From Octopus vulgaris (taxonomy: Eukaryota), in assembly GCA_951406725.2 (NCBI GenBank), contig OX597823.1:17236001-17300000 (forward strand): 64,000 bases of DNA. The letters are read 5' to 3'. Below, piece after piece: positions 14,737-29,440 of the stretch. The notes beneath the pieces are model-generated. The model made no database searches and was not told where the DNA came from. It saw only the letters and a list, made by a program, of their open reading frames with translations. Position numbers and translations under genes: made by a program. The stretch's first letter is position 1; each line of letters starts with the position of its first letter.

Positions 14737-16484
14737 GGGGGGAGGCGGAGGCAAAAAATGCATTGTGGCATTTTTATGTTTTGTGCTCAAATTACGTCAC
14801 GGAAGTTTTACTTTCGTCCTTCCAAAGTTCAACAAGAGAAAAAGTATCAGCACACATCAAGTATAAGGGGTCATTTTAATCGTCTACAATTCAGGAGTTG
14901 GATCCCCCAAAGCAGCCTGATATTGCATTCAAATTCGATACACCTCGCATTAAGACATATTTATCCCTGGGCAATACTGGTGCAATGGAGAAGGAAGATC
15001 TGCTCAGACTTGTACCCAGGCGAGGACATTGCAGTGTCACCTCATCACGTTCTACCAACAAACACGTACGTGTGTGTGTATGTGCCTATATATATAAAAT
15101 CAAATTATACAGTATTATATATCTGATATGGCCACTTTTACCGCTCGGTTTTGCACTTGATATTAAAACCGGAAGTTAGATAACAGCATGGCTAAGTAAT
15201 CCAAACCCTAACCGCATACTCGTCAGAGCTAGCAGGTGTGGGAAAAACTTTTTCTCCCCATACATGCCGAAACTTTGGCTGAAACTTCGTTGTCACCGTT
15301 ATCTCTCTTGTAAAAGTATAATAATCTTTCAGTTTAATGTTAAATTGCTTTTATACATAACTGACATAATAAATGATTTGGTTGAATAAATAGGATAAAT
15401 GGAACTTAACTCAAGAGTGCATATATTACTTTTATATTATTGACTCAAAGGCAGAGAGTTTCATGCATGCACTTCCCAAGTATGCATGTGTATGTGCCTG
15501 TGTGTGAGACTCACTTCCCTCCCAGAATGCTCTCCTCACTTTCAGTCAACTTCCTGCGATGCTCCGGTCTTTTTCCGAACCGGTTTCGCTGTGAGCCACT
15601 CCAGTTTTGCCTATCGTTTACTTCATTTCTCTTGGTTCAAGTGATACTGTCTGAATCACTATTTACTTTCATTCCGCGTTTCCTATATGCATGACTGTCC
15701 TCTGTTTCGTTCTACTTCAGTCGGGAAATATTCTAAGTCAGTTTGATATCCCTTGTTTCTTTGTCCCGAGTTCTGTTTGTCCGGGTCTTATTTGTTTCAA
15801 ATGAAAATAATTATTTTCCTGTAGCCTCAAAACATTTGTCGTACATAATTTTCCATACACTTGATGTTGTTCTGATGCGTGATACTATATACAAAATGTC
15901 CCATGTTTTGTTGTTCCTTATTCTATTGTCGTTCTATTTTTGCAGCACCATTCCTTAGTAACATATTCTACTTAATATATCGGTACATATACATATATAT
16001 GCACAAAATTTCCGCCTACCAAATTCCGTCATATGTAATTGGTTGGCCAAAGACTGTAGTAGAAGACTCTTTCCCGAAGTGCCACTCAGTGAGACCGAAT
16101 TATGTACTTGTGGGACGAACGCCTCTACATCACTTTGGTTAGCAGTAGGAATGAAAGCCATTTACATGTATAAATAGATTTTTATCTTCTAATTGTTATA
16201 GTTATTAGACTGCGACAAACATAGACACAAAGACACGGACACGCATACATCAATATATATGGATATATGACGATCTCCTTTCAGTTTTCTTCTGCCAAAT
16301 CCATTCACAAGGTTTTTGGTCGTGCCGAGGCTGTAGTAGAAGACATGTGACTAAAGTGTCACGCAGTAGGACTGAACCCAGAACCATGTGGTTGGGAACA
16401 AACTTCTTACCTTACGGCCACACCTGTGTACTTATGCAAGCAAACAAGCACCAAAAGAGAAATGTAGTTTCTTTATGGTTGTCA

Positions 16485-16567
16485 TTATTTTCTGATCGAG
16501 TATATCTATTGACCAAGGTATGCTAACGGTAAATAGCCATACTTTTATGGGGAAAGCGTAATTCTTG

Positions 16568-16620
<53 letters not shown>

Positions 16621-16866
16621 TATCAATGACCTAAACAGGTAAAAAAAATTATAACCGTATATAGGCGTAGGAGTGGCTGTGTGGTAAGTAGTTTGCTTAC
16701 GAACCACATGGTTCCGGGTTCAGTCCCACTGCGTGGCACCTTGGGCAAGTGTCTTCTACTATAGCCTCGGGCCAACCAAAGCCTTATTTTCTGATCGAGT
16801 ATATCTATTGACCAAGGTATGCTAACGATAAATAGCCATACTTTTATGGGGAAAGCGTAATTCTTG

Positions 16867-16898
<32 letters not shown>

Positions 16899-17056
16899 AT
16901 GACCTAAACAGGTAAAAAAAATTATAACCGTATATAGGCGTAGGAGTGGCTGTGTGGTAAGTAGTTTGCTTACGAACCACATGGTTCCGGGTTCAGTCCC
17001 ACTGCGTGGCACCTTGGGCAAGTGTCTTCTACTATAGCCTCGGGCCAACCAAAGCC
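16485..17056. repeat. Tandem duplication of ~300 bp including a SINE head
   Basis: 16485-16784 is repeated from 16785, differing mainly in (TA)n length. Confidence 0.85.
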
Positions 17057-17101
17057 TTGTGAGTGGATTTGGTAGACGGAAACTGAAAGAAGCCTGTCGT
17101 A

Positions 17102-17146
<45 letters not shown>

Positions 17147-17350
17147 TTGTGTGTTGTGTTTATCCCCCACCCAACATCGCTTGACAACCGATGCTGGTGT
17201 GTTTACGTCCCCGTAACTTAGCGGTTCGGTAAAAGAGACCGATAGAATAAGTACTGGGCTTACAAAGGATAAGTCCTGGGGTCGATTTGCTCGACTAAAG
17301 GCGGTGCTCCAGCATGGCCACATTCAAATGACTGAAACAAGTAAATGAGT
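16936..17350 (+). mobile_element. tRNA-derived SINE family B (CORE-like), full copy
   Basis: GGCGTAGGAGTGGCTGTGTGGTAAG...GGTTCAGTCCC...ACCTTGGGCAAGTG...TGACTGAAACAAGTAAA. Further copies at ~23035-23580(-), 25255-25635(-), 29185-29538(-), 32045-32290(-), 37483-37845(+), 39848-40140(-), 48955-49087(+), 50245-50580(-) and 51325-51740(-). Confidence 0.85.
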
Positions 17351-17519
17351 ATACGTTCGCTTTGCAACTACCCGGACACGGATTCGGTTCCACTGCTTGC
17401 TATCTTGGGCAAATCTTTATCCTATGTCCCATTACGTGCTATCTTGGGTAGATATCAGTCCCATTGCATTCTATATGGGGAAATGTCGATCCTATTGCAT
17501 GCTATATAGGTAAATGTGA

Positions 17520-18080
17520 TTTCTGATCATCGAAGGCTTTGCTTTAGTTGATCTTAACGATTTCATACGAAAGAAATTTTGGCGGTTGGTCCGTCTTTTC
17601 ATCAACAGTATATCGCACATTACCATTATAGATTTCTTTCGTTAAGTAATCGCCCTTCTTTATCCATTTACTCCACTGGATTACCTTTTCTTCATTATCA
17701 AACTATATACCATTTAACAATGCGCTGCCTTGTATTATAGGCAACCGTTCGTCATGCACGTTCGCCTTTGAAGTGCAATAAAGTTGAGACTTTGCAATTC
17801 AGACTTTCCAGCAAAAGTAATGAAATTGGCGTGATATTGGCATGCATAATATTATGGGATATTTGAGAGGAAACCAACACAAGCGTTGGTTCTACTACAG
17901 CGAATTTTGAATCGGTCGCATCGTAACCCATTTAAAGTAAATCTTTGATCAATTTTATGTTGTCTCATGCACTTTTCACCATGATCATGGATGCAAATCT
18001 TACTTGAGAATAAGCTCAATACTTGTGAATTTAATGCAGCAACTTTGCGAATGCCATCCGGATATGACGTCATCATAGGT
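17520..18080 (-). pseudogene. Degraded transposase fragment, possibly Sola2-like
   Basis: NIP*YYACQYHANF (CxCxxHxN-like) and IQWSKWIKKGDYLTKEIYNGNVRYTVDEKTDQPPKFLSYEIVKIN*SKAFDDQK; resemblance judged by eye only. Confidence 0.45.
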
Positions 18081-19086
18081 GCATAGCAAATGTTTTGCTT
18101 ACGTAATTATTAACGTTTAAAAACAAAAAAAAAAAATGGAATTCGATATTTTATTGAAATAAAAAGCTAAATAATTCTGCTGAAGTCAGAAAGAAATTTA
18201 ATTTTTGCATTGCTTAACCATTTTCACACGAAATTCACGATGTGTGTGTGTATAAGTTAATCGTAACCTTGACACTTGGAAACGTTAAGCTGTTCATTTT
18301 CTCTTTAAAACTAGTTAAATAATAAATGAAAGTGTTGGATTACGCCGACTTTCTGATAAAATTAACGTCCAACCGAGCTGTTAACATAAGCTGACCTATT
18401 TCACTCCCTGTTGTTCTATTTATTACGGTCGTGAACCAATTTATAAAACTGTAATAATTGTTTAATATAATCTTTCTATTTATTTATTTATTTATTTATT
18501 GATTTCCCTTCAGTTTCCTAACATTTTCTTGTATCTGTTATAGTGTGGTTATGTATGTATATCACGTGATCACGTGACCGACCAGACCATCAAATGTTGC
18601 TACACATTGCTGGTCAAAATGCGTTCGCATTGTTTTAGCCTTCGAACGACGCCACCCCGCTGGCTAAGCGAGCAGGCCAACAGAAGAAAGAGTGGTGAAT
18701 GAGTACAGCAGGGATCACCACCCCTGCCGGAGCCTCGTGGAGCTTTTAGGTGTTTTCGCTCCATAAACATACACAACACCCGGTCTGGGAATCGAAACCG
18801 CGATCCTCCGACCGCGAGTCCGCTGCCCTAACCACTGGGCCATTGTGCCTCCACATGTATGTTTATATGTATCATAATCATATGACTATGTATCTGCGCA
18901 TGTGTAATTTTAATCGTGGTGATGGGGTTCTGTGCGCGCCTTTCCACATTCTGTGCGTATCAGTGTGAGTTCTGTTGTAGTCGTTGATTTAGTGGGAGTG
19001 AACTTTCGACTTCGTTACACCAAACCGCCAAATATATATACATATATCAAAGCGTTCTGTGTGTGTGTGTGCATACACATACACAA

Positions 19087-19128
<42 letters not shown>

Positions 19129-19431
19129 GAAAGAAACATTCCATGAATTTCTTCCAGATGTAATTATTTTCCATGTGTAAGAATTCTGTTGATTCATAAA
19201 AGTTTTAATTCATATAGCTCGCGTTATGTCATACTCATAATTTCTAAAAAGAATGAAATGGTGCTTTACGTAAATAGCTAAGACTGGAAATGTTAAGACC
19301 TTCGTAATAAGATAAGTAAATTAAGTATGCATATTATATACATTTTCTTCCTTATTTGCTTATTTGAAATTCAAACTTCTAATCCCGCCAAATATCGTAC
19401 TAACTGTCTTGTAGGGGATTCCTTGTACACA

Positions 19432-19503
<72 letters not shown>

Positions 19504-20187
19504 TACACGCGTGCACGCACACACATTCACGCATGCACGCATACATACATACACATACAGAGAGGTAATTATACGGATAAACAAATTAGATATATTGAAT
19601 ATAACAGATTTATCCAATGTTAATTGCTTCCAGTACGGTCTGCGTATTGTGATGAATTTGCATTTGCTAACATTATGACGGATCTCCGAGCCCCCAGAAA
19701 CAGCTGTCGGACTCATAACACCTTACCTCTTCCTCTTTAATTTTCACTGTCGTTTGTACACTGTGTATGTTTGATTTATTAATATAAATACTATATATTT
19801 ATACTTAAATATTCTTGTGTGAAAGTCTTCACTCTTTGCTTTCTCGGGTTTTGCATGTATACATATATACATATTTGGTATTTCATACCCAAGCTATTAT
19901 ATTTAATATATTTAACTTGTGTATCTGCATAATTGCCTCCATATCTGCTTTGATCTTTCTTATAACCATTCATTACCACGCAGATTTGATCCCCCGTAAA
20001 GACATCGTAGTGTAAGTTTGAATCATTTGAGCGCTACTAAGTTATTTTTTGTATATTGAGAATGTCTAGATCTCATCTGTTGACTATATAAGGCGGTGCT
20101 CCAGCATGGCCGGAGTTAAATGACTGAAACAAGTAAAAGAATAAAAGAATAAAAGAATAAAATAATAAAATATATATATATATATAT

Positions 20188-20235
<48 letters not shown>

Positions 20236-20325
20236 ATATAGTTTTTATTTAAACTAAATTCCTTTCTTGCAACTTGACCTCTCATTCGTTCGCAAAAAAA
20301 AGCATCATTTGATCACACAGACACA

Positions 20326-20359
<34 letters not shown>

Positions 20360-20369
20360 ATATATATAA

Positions 20370-20888
20370 CTCGCAGTATCGCCCGGCGTTGCTCGGGTTT
20401 GTAAGGGAAATAACTATATAAGCATTTTTAGAGAGTTACTTCCCTTATAGATGCCAATTCGGGCTTTCTTAGCCATTTCTGTTTTTGGTGTCTTCAAGCC
20501 ATGAAGTCGTTGTTCTAAAAGAACGCTGGTCTCCTTGACAACGCATTACGACGTTGATTTCCTTAAACTCCCTTCCCCACAGCTTCACGAGGGAGGGAAG
20601 AAGGGGGAAAAGCAAACACAGGTGCAGCTGTTTGAGCGTGGACGCCAACTCCGCCGCCATCGACACACGAAAAATTATGCATTAAAATGGAATAAAAAAA
20701 TGATGTTAAATTATTTTTAAAATCGTAGACTCATCGTAGACGCGCGCTAATAGCCAGACGGGCTCGATATTAATCACGACTATAAGATACTCGAATTTGG
20801 TTAAACTGCACCGCAAAATGTGGGAGGAGTTAGGAATCTAAATCGTAGGAGACAGACACTCACACAACTACAGTTTTATATATATAGA
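20370..20888 (-). mobile_element. Non-autonomous Helitron
   Basis: Minus strand begins TCTATATATATAAAA, carries a subterminal hairpin CCCGAGC-AAC-GCCGGG and ends in a CTAG variant (CGAG), lying between A and T. Confidence 0.7.
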
Positions 20889-20941
20889 TAAAAATTAAAA
20901 TAATAATAATAATAATAATAATAGTAATAATAATAATAATG

Positions 20942-20995
<54 letters not shown>

Positions 20996-21081
20996 TTAGG
21001 GAGTATAACTGCAAACTTACAAGGAAAAATTCAATTTAGTATTAAATCAAATTTCACAACATAAATATATAATATATATAA

Positions 21082-21360
21082 ATTAGAGAAAAACCACTAT
21101 TATGTAATTCAAACAATGATAGACATAAACCATATCATAAATAAAAAATAAAATATATTTTTATAAAACGTATAACTAGATCACAAAAAAGTATCAAAAA
21201 AATAAATAAACAATATAACAATAGGTAATATATATTGTTTATTCACTTTTTGTACTTTTTGTGATATAGTTATATGTTTTATAATATATTTTATTTTTTC
21301 TTTATGATTTGGTTTATGTCTATCATTGTTTGAATTACATAATAGTGGTTTTTCTATAAT
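21082..21360. repeat. ~280-bp near-perfect fold-back
   Basis: AGAAAAACCACTATTATGTAATTCAAACAATGATAGACATAAACCA on the left and its reverse complement at ~21310-21355; loop ~21218-21230. Confidence 0.85.
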
Positions 21361-24001
21361 ATATATATATCTCTCGTATGTATATATGTTTATATATTTA
21401 TATACGCACACATATACATATGATGATAAAGGCAAGTATACCAAATACCATACAACATAAATTCTTGATTTATTAAAATTATCGCCGCCTCTAGAGCATG
21501 TATCATAATTACTAAATGCCAATTAAGACCAATTCTACTCGATAAGCAGAGATGATCTCAAGACTCAAGTTTTCTCCAAAATTAACACGCAATTAACAAA
21601 AGGACAGGTTTATTGTATGGAAACAGGACAGTAATGGAGAGGTGTTTCTAGCTCAAAAGTCGTCATGAGTACGACTATTGTTCAGGTTCATTTCCTGGAG
21701 TCAAGGGACCCCACCACACACACACACACATTCACAAATGACGATATTTTCCCGTAGACCGAGAAAGACGGTTCAGCAATTTCTTGCTGAGTAACCTGCA
21801 CAAATGACTTGTTTATAAAGATCAGTTGTTTGTGCTATACATTAGCCGTCTGACTTCCTTCAAATCGACGTTGCTTGAACAGGTAAACGGTGTACCACAC
21901 GCCAGGCGTCGAAGTGAACGCCGCAGAGCAACGTGACAAGAAGTGTTTTGTTCAAGAACACAATGAATCCCTCGGTCCAAGAATTGAGATCACAATCTCG
22001 TGATCGTGACTACAACGCCCTAACTACTAGACCGTGCTCTCTCGACACACATCCACACACGCACACACACACAAGCACTCACATTTATATATATTGGACT
22101 GTTCAACAATCCGACAGTGACCTATGGTCAAAAATTCCAGTTGAGATTCTTTCTAAATGATAAAGCATTAGGAAATATATGTAGCGGTGAGTGATGATGT
22201 ATGGAGGTTTGGAGGTTTTTCTTATCGGTGTCTGCGTGAGTGTGTGTATGTGCTTAATGGAGTGTATGTGTGTGAATGTACATATTTGTGTGTGTGTGTG
22301 TGAGTGTTTGGATATGCGTGCGTGTGTGCGTGTGAGCATCTCACCTTTGTGTTTAATGATGCAGCAAATGCGTGATGAACTGGAACCAGATTCTAAAGAA
22401 AGGTTTTGAAATATGTCCTTTCATAAGGGCGCGGTCAGTACGTTTGTAAATGTGTGTACATGCATGAATGCATGCGCGTGAGTGCATGTGTGTATCGCAT
22501 GTGTGTGTGTGAGTGTGTTAGTGTGCGTTCGTTTCCTGGCGTTATTTTCCGGTGAGATCAAATCGTAGGAATAAGCTGTAAAATTTAAAGTCAACGTGTA
22601 CCAGTGGTATGTTAGTAATGTCTCTAGCATTTACTATCGGCGTTGAAGTTTTCAAAGGTGGGGGCCATGGTCAATGTTCAACGAAGTTTTTCTTATTTTT
22701 TAGGTGTGTGAGCAAAAATTCTTATTTTCTTTTTGTCCTTCTTTGCAAAATACATGTGCATCCATGCGAATAACGATGGCTCAAATTTCTTTATTTAACA
22801 AAAATTTTGATTTCATCTTGATAACATTGTGTACGTAGATAGTTTTCTGGCGCTGCTTGTAAAATACATGCGTGCAGTGATGTGCACGACTTAGACGAGA
22901 CACTAGTAGGCGTTTAAGTATGTGTGTGTATATGTATGTGGATTGTATTTGAACTTGGCAGGTGTAGCAACTGTTTTAGGCAAAGAAAAAATCCTTAATA
23001 TATACGCACAGGTATGTGCTTCTGTATGTGTTTACTCTTTTACTTGTTTCAGTCATTTGACTGCGGCCATGCTGGAGCACCGCCTTTAGTCGAACAAATC
23101 GACCCCAGGACTTATTCTTTGTAAGCATAGTACTTATTCTATCGGTCTCTTTTGCCGAACCGCTAAGTCACGGGGACGTAAACACACCAGCATCGATTGA
23201 CAAACGATGTTGGGGTACAAACACAGACACAGACACACACACATACATACATACATACATACATGCATACATACATACATACATGCATACATACATACAT
23301 ACATACATACATACATACATACATACATACATACATACATACATCATACATACATGCAGGCATGTAAGCATACATACATACATACATACATACATACATA
23401 CATACATACATACATACATACACGACGGGCTTCTTTCAGTTTCCGTCTACCAAATCCACTCACAAGGCTTTGGTCGGCTCGAGGCTATAGCAGAAGACAC
23501 TTGTCCAAGGTGCCACGCAGTGCGACTGAACCCAGAACTATGTGGTTCGTAAGCAAGCTACTTACCACACAGCTACTCCTACTCCTTGATCTGTAAAGAT
23601 CTCTTATCTCGAAGAGGTTTTAGTCGAATATATCGATCCCAGTACTTATATTTTTAACCTGGTACTTAGTCTATTGGTAAGCACCTTGTTTTTCCTGTAC
23701 CCGTTTTCGTCTTTTGTTTTCTGTAAATTTGAACTATAATTATATATATATATATATACGAGCCTGGTGAGATAAATTATGAGTCAAGAGAGCATCGAAA
23801 GCACACACTGACACACTGTAATAATGCTTCAATACAATATGAGCAAACAGAGATGAAGAGAACATGAAAGGTTTGATTTTTAAATTGTAAAACACCTTTT
23901 AAAAACCACAATATCTAGTGTTATTCTTCCCGAACGTTGAACTAATAGACCTGCTTTGTTTTTCCTACAACTGTTTTCGTCTTTTGTCTTCTGTAAATTT
24001 G

Positions 24002-24118
<117 letters not shown>

Positions 24119-24164
24119 CATATGAAATTGAAAAAGATTAGAGATCTTTACAGATCAAAGTTTT

Positions 24165-24546
24165 ATATGTAAAAGATAGAGGTCGAAATAGCACAAAAGT
24201 AAATCTAAGATATTTCAATTTAAGAGGGAATTTAATAAAAAAATTATATAAACAAAAATATAACCGGTTTCAATGTATCTCATCTGATCAAATATCAGTA
24301 AAAAAAATTTTTAAATGTGAAGCAAAAAACAGTTTATCTTCTGTCTGGAGGTCAATATCATATTTTGACCTCAAGACAGAAGGTAAACTGTTTTTACTTC
24401 AAAATTTTTATAAGTTTTTACTGATATTTGATGAGATACACCGAAAGCGGTAATATTTTCTTTATATAATTTTTATTAAATTCCCTCTTTAATTGAAATG
24501 TCTTAGACTTACTTCTGTGCTATTTCCACATCCACCTTTTGTATAT
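24165..24546. repeat. ~380-bp imperfect fold-back, each arm with a decayed minimal hammerhead
   Basis: Arms 24165-24355 and 24365-24546 are reverse complements (centre GAGGTCAA-9 nt-TTGACCTC). The right arm has GATAT-TTGATGA-gatacacc-GAAA-GCGG-TA-ATATT. Confidence 0.75.
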
Positions 24547-24696
24547 ATATATGCGAAGAGGGAATTTCCAAAAAGATAAGTTAATATTTCTATTTCTTTT
24601 TCTTCTTTTTCTTATTTTTAAGAAAAATTATTTCGACGATTTCTAGTTGTATAATTTTGATTGTCATGTAAATAGTAAAATAGTTTTATATGATCC

Positions 24697-24798
24697 AGAC
24701 CTGAAGATTGGCAGTATAGTCGGATGGATATGATATTGAATTTCGAGACTTATTTCAGTAATACCGATAGATATATTGTCATGAAACGCGCGTTGTCT
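24697..24798 (+). ncRNA. Type I hammerhead ribozyme motif (Penelope-type) with a long stem II
   Basis: AGAC-CTGAAGA-t-TGGCAGTATA...TATATTGTCA-t-GAAA-CGCGCG-TT-GTCT: stem I AGAC/GTCT, intact core, palindromic stem III and a GUU cleavage triplet. Confidence 0.7.
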
Positions 24799-24934
24799 AT
24801 ATAATTTAATATATAACTCAGAATAGTAACTGTAGATATTAATTGTGATAAAATTTAATCTTATATGTCTCTATCATAGATATTGTCGTTCAATGGTGTT
24901 TGAGTTGCTTAAAGGTAGTTCTGTCTCTTAAAAA

Positions 24935-25245
<311 letters not shown>

Positions 25246-25632
25246 CTTTTATCTTTTACTTGTTTCAGTTATGAGACTGCGGCCATTCTGGAGCACCGCC
25301 TTGAAGAGGTTTTAACCGAATATATCGATCCCAGTACTTATATTTTTTAACCTGGTACTTAGTCTATCGGTTTCTTTTGCTGAATCACTAAGTAGCAGGA
25401 AGTAAACACACCAACACCGGTTGTCAAGCGATGATGGGCGACAAACAGTGACACAAAGAAACACACACACACATGCACACACACATACGACAGACTTATA
25501 GTTTTTGTTTACCCAATGCACTTACAAAGCTTTGGTCCTCCCCAGGCTATAATAGAAAACGCCCAAAGTGCAACGCAGTGGGACTGAACCTGGAACCAAG
25601 TGGTTGCGAAGCAAACTACTTACCCCACAGCC

Positions 25633-25699
<67 letters not shown>

Positions 25700-25719
25700 A
25701 ATTATCTCTCAAGCTATCT

Positions 25720-26130
25720 TATGACACACTTATAGCTTCCTTGTTGAATCTGAAGCAGAGACTTTGCCTCACGACTAAAGTCTCCGGCAACTCCGATCGT
25801 CAGGCGAAAACCGTTACAGCTCGGCAATGGGTGTGTATTTATATCCTTTCGTGTAAGCGAGTGGTCTAGTGTTTTTATTTGCTCATTGGTAAACATTACA
25901 AATGAAGAGGCCAGGAAAACACCACCCGATCAATAAACACAAAAAGCCCACGAATGAACAAGCGCAAGTATTAAACCAAACATACTCATATGCACACACC
26001 ACAGGACATAAATACCCTACCAATACCGTGCTGTAATAGTTCTTGCCTGGTGATCGTTGTAGCCTGAAACTCGAGTCACAAGATAAGCTCTCAGTTTCAG
26101 TTTCAATAAAAAAACATCCTCCACAACGTG
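25720..26130. repeat. Diverged inverted pair of hammerhead-bearing modules
   Basis: Minus 25767-25809: TTTCGC-CTGACGA-tCGG..CCG-GAGA-CTTTAG-TC-GTGAGG. Plus 26041-26082: TCTTGC-CTGGTGA-..-GAAA-CTCGAG-TC-ACAAGA. Flanks are homologous. Confidence 0.6.
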
Positions 26131-26178
26131 TATTCAGTACTCCTCTCTCATTCGTTCGATATAAACAAACGTACGTAC

Positions 26179-26216
<38 letters not shown>

Positions 26217-26389
26217 TATATATATATACATACATACATACATATATGCACACACATATACCTGTATATATGGGTACAGGACATCACAAACAGTATCAAC
26301 ATGAAATATGAAACAAATAGTAAACAACATGAAATACGAAAACAAATAAGTTGTATATATATGCATATATATGCCACGCATCCATTTCC

Positions 26390-26454
<65 letters not shown>

Positions 26455-26499
26455 TTAATAAGGGTGAGAGAATTAGATACTAATTTAATAGTATATCTA

Positions 26500-28725
26500 T
26501 TCCTTGCAAGGGGAACGACATATGTACACAAGCACTAAGAAATTTAACGATTACTAAGACCCCAGAAAATACAAGACTTTACAGGGAAAGTAACTCTAGC
26601 GACAACAACAACAACGATACAGATTGAAAACGTCGCTGTTATCTCCCCTCACAACATCACATGCTCACACAAAAAAACAACTACGATGACAAAAACGATA
26701 GCAGTAGCAGTCAAACTACACTCCCTGTCACGTTAATAATCTTGAATAACATACCCACTCTGCAACACCAGGCAAATGCCCTCATCAGACATTTCTTGAA
26801 AATCAACTACAAAAGTAATAATAATAATAAAAAGACCTGAAAGAGGAACACGAAACATACCTTCTGCTTAGGCCACCATTTTGACCTCCTCCATCCATCA
26901 GATATTCACAAAGCAATAAAGAAATCTAAAAAGTAAAAAAACTCAGGGCTAGACAATATCGCTAACATACACTTAAAATACCTACGACCTGAAGGAGACA
27001 AAGCACTCACTAACATCAATAAGTATTTGTACCAATTCTGTCAAATTCTTAGAATCATGGACAAAATCAAAATTCAACAAAAATCCAAATAAAGTTATTT
27101 CAGCCACACTCATCACTCCGTATGCACCATGAGGTAAAAAAAAAGGCTAAGCCTTGACATCACAAATCCGCATACATCTCCTGTTCATAACAAGGATTTA
27201 AACCATTACATGCAATCACCAACCACACGCTTGCCACAGACTCAACACTGAAAAAAAAAACCAAAAAAAAAAAACCGTTTTATTTTCAAAAATTTTCTGC
27301 ACATACCATTGTAATTACCATTAACAAAGCTTTCAGCTTTATTTCCCGTTTGGCACCTGTACAGTACTTCAAGGAAAGACAAAACAAGAAAACACGCACA
27401 AAAATACAAACAAAAGAGCAACAAAAACAAAAACAAAGACAAAAATACAAAATGCAGGTTAGTAAATTTCCTGTCTGTCAAACCCATAATGTGTACAAGA
27501 ATAACATTTCTAGAAGCTGCAATTCTTCGAGTAGAATACAATAATTATTCGTCCTCTCCACCCATTCTTTTCAGCTTGTACACACACGACCATGTCACAT
27601 CTTAGCAAAACATACAGATAACCGCATGTGCAGTTGACATCACACACATCCGTTCACCATTCTCCAGACACTGCTGCACAACTATTCCAGTCCTACTTAA
27701 ATAATGTCTCCATAAAAAAAAAAATCAAACAAACTTGCATTTATCAAATCTACCGTGTCCTTTCTTACCAGCGACACCAGAGAACATCACATGTAATCAA
27801 CCGTGTGATAATCATCATATCACACACACAGAAAGCAAAAAAAAAAAAAAAAAGTTATTAGGAATTACAATTCTACAACATTCACAACACAGATATAAAA
27901 CATAGTAAAAAGATGCAAAATGATACAAAAAGAAGAAAAAAATACGCATTCACGGCAATCACATACCACATTTGGCCAACCGATAGAACAAACTACAGTG
28001 GTGAACAAACAATAAATTAGATTCTCCATGGATTACAATTGTCCTACCTGGATTCCCAATTCCATTACAACTATCCATAATTAACTACAAAGCAGTGCAA
28101 GGTGTATCATAACACGTTGTTCATGAGCCACAGTCTATTTACTGAACAAAACGAAAGAAGAAAAATGAAAGACCATCTGGACATGTGAGAGGTATACTTT
28201 GTTATCACAGCAAGTTTCAATTCCCTATTAATTGTCATCACAGCAAATCTCATATTTCTTATCACTACATAGAAAACAACTCCCAGACTTTGCGACACGT
28301 ATATAACACTCCAGAACATAATTACAACAACATCATTAAATCTCTCCCTCTCAGTTTGGACAAACATAAGGAACACATACACAAAAACAGTCCAAATATG
28401 GGCAAAAAACACATCACCAACAATAAGTGCAGAAGAATAGTAAATGTCAGGCTCTGACCTCGCTGGGTACCGCTAGAATCTACAGGTGTACAGAAAGAGA
28501 TTGAAAATTGGGGAGAATGCAACATGTCCAGACAGTCACACCGCACCCTATGCGACTTATCATCGTATGCCACATTGCGTAGTGTGGTCCTTAGCCTCTC
28601 GGCGACTAGGAAGATAGATTTGTTGGTCGCATCTCGTCGTTCAGCAGATTACCTGCATAGAGCTTTCCAGGGGTTAAACAATTCTGCACCACCCACCATC
28701 CCACTGTGGCTACCACCAACAACAG
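26500..28725 (+). pseudogene. Highly degraded LINE (I/Jockey-group-like RT and C-terminal zinc knuckle), antisense within the sulfatase intron
   Basis: Residual motifs NSGLDNIANIHLKYL (~26940), PILFSLYTHD (~27560), CAVDIT (decayed YADD), LLGIT and ATCPD.HTAP, plus a CCACCAACAACA-type tail at ~28713. Boundaries are approximate. Confidence 0.6.
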
Positions 28726-28759
28726 TGGAAACTAAACAAAAAAAAACATGATAACTTAC

Positions 28760-29035
28760 CAAATGTCGACCGGTAAGAAGTTGACTGCGAGACGGTGTAC
28801 AAGTCGGCTGTACATAGTAATTATCCAGTTTAATGCCATTGTTAGCCAGTTTGTTCAAATTAGGTGATATAATATCTGGGTTGTGATAACCAATGTCGTC
28901 CCAGCCCAAATCGTCGACAAGTACAAATACAATATTTGGTTTCACTGGGCGTTTGTAGTACTTTCTTCTCGAGTAACTGGAGCATAGCCAGATGTGGCAG
29001 AGGAACACAGCCACCGTAAAAACAACACCATTCAG
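28760..29035 (-). CDS. ARSB: Coding exon (N-terminal catalytic region) of an arylsulfatase B/I/J-like sulfatase; other exons not identified in this window
   Basis: Reads [92 protein letters not shown]: a hydrophobic signal-like stretch, the PNIVFxLxDDLGW motif and the formylglycine motif CTPSRxxLLTG. Bounded by a pyrimidine tract plus TAG acceptor (AG at 29037-29036) and a GTAAGT donor (from 28759); 276 nt, phase 0/0. The symbol is the closest family; ARSB/ARSI/ARSJ are not separable here. Confidence 0.9.
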
Positions 29036-29398
29036 CTAGAAAAGAAGAAATGAAAATAGAACGAAATGAATAGTTTGCGTTCAAAAGAAATTATGCGGTG
29101 TAAATAATTTCTATCCAACCTTTTGATCTTTAAATGTGTTTATTTTTTTAATGTCTACACGCATTTTCTCTCATACGCTTTTACTTTTTTTTTTACTTGT
29201 TTCAGTCATTTGACTGCGGCCATGCTGGAGCACCGCCTTTAGTCGAATCAAATCGACCCCAGAACTTATTCTTTGTAAGCTTAGTACTTATTCTATCGGT
29301 CTCTTTTGCCGAACCGTTAAGTTACGGGGACGTAAACACACCACCATCGGTTGTCAAGCGATGTTATGGGGGGGGGGGCAAATACAAACACACAAGCA

Positions 29399-29440
<42 letters not shown>

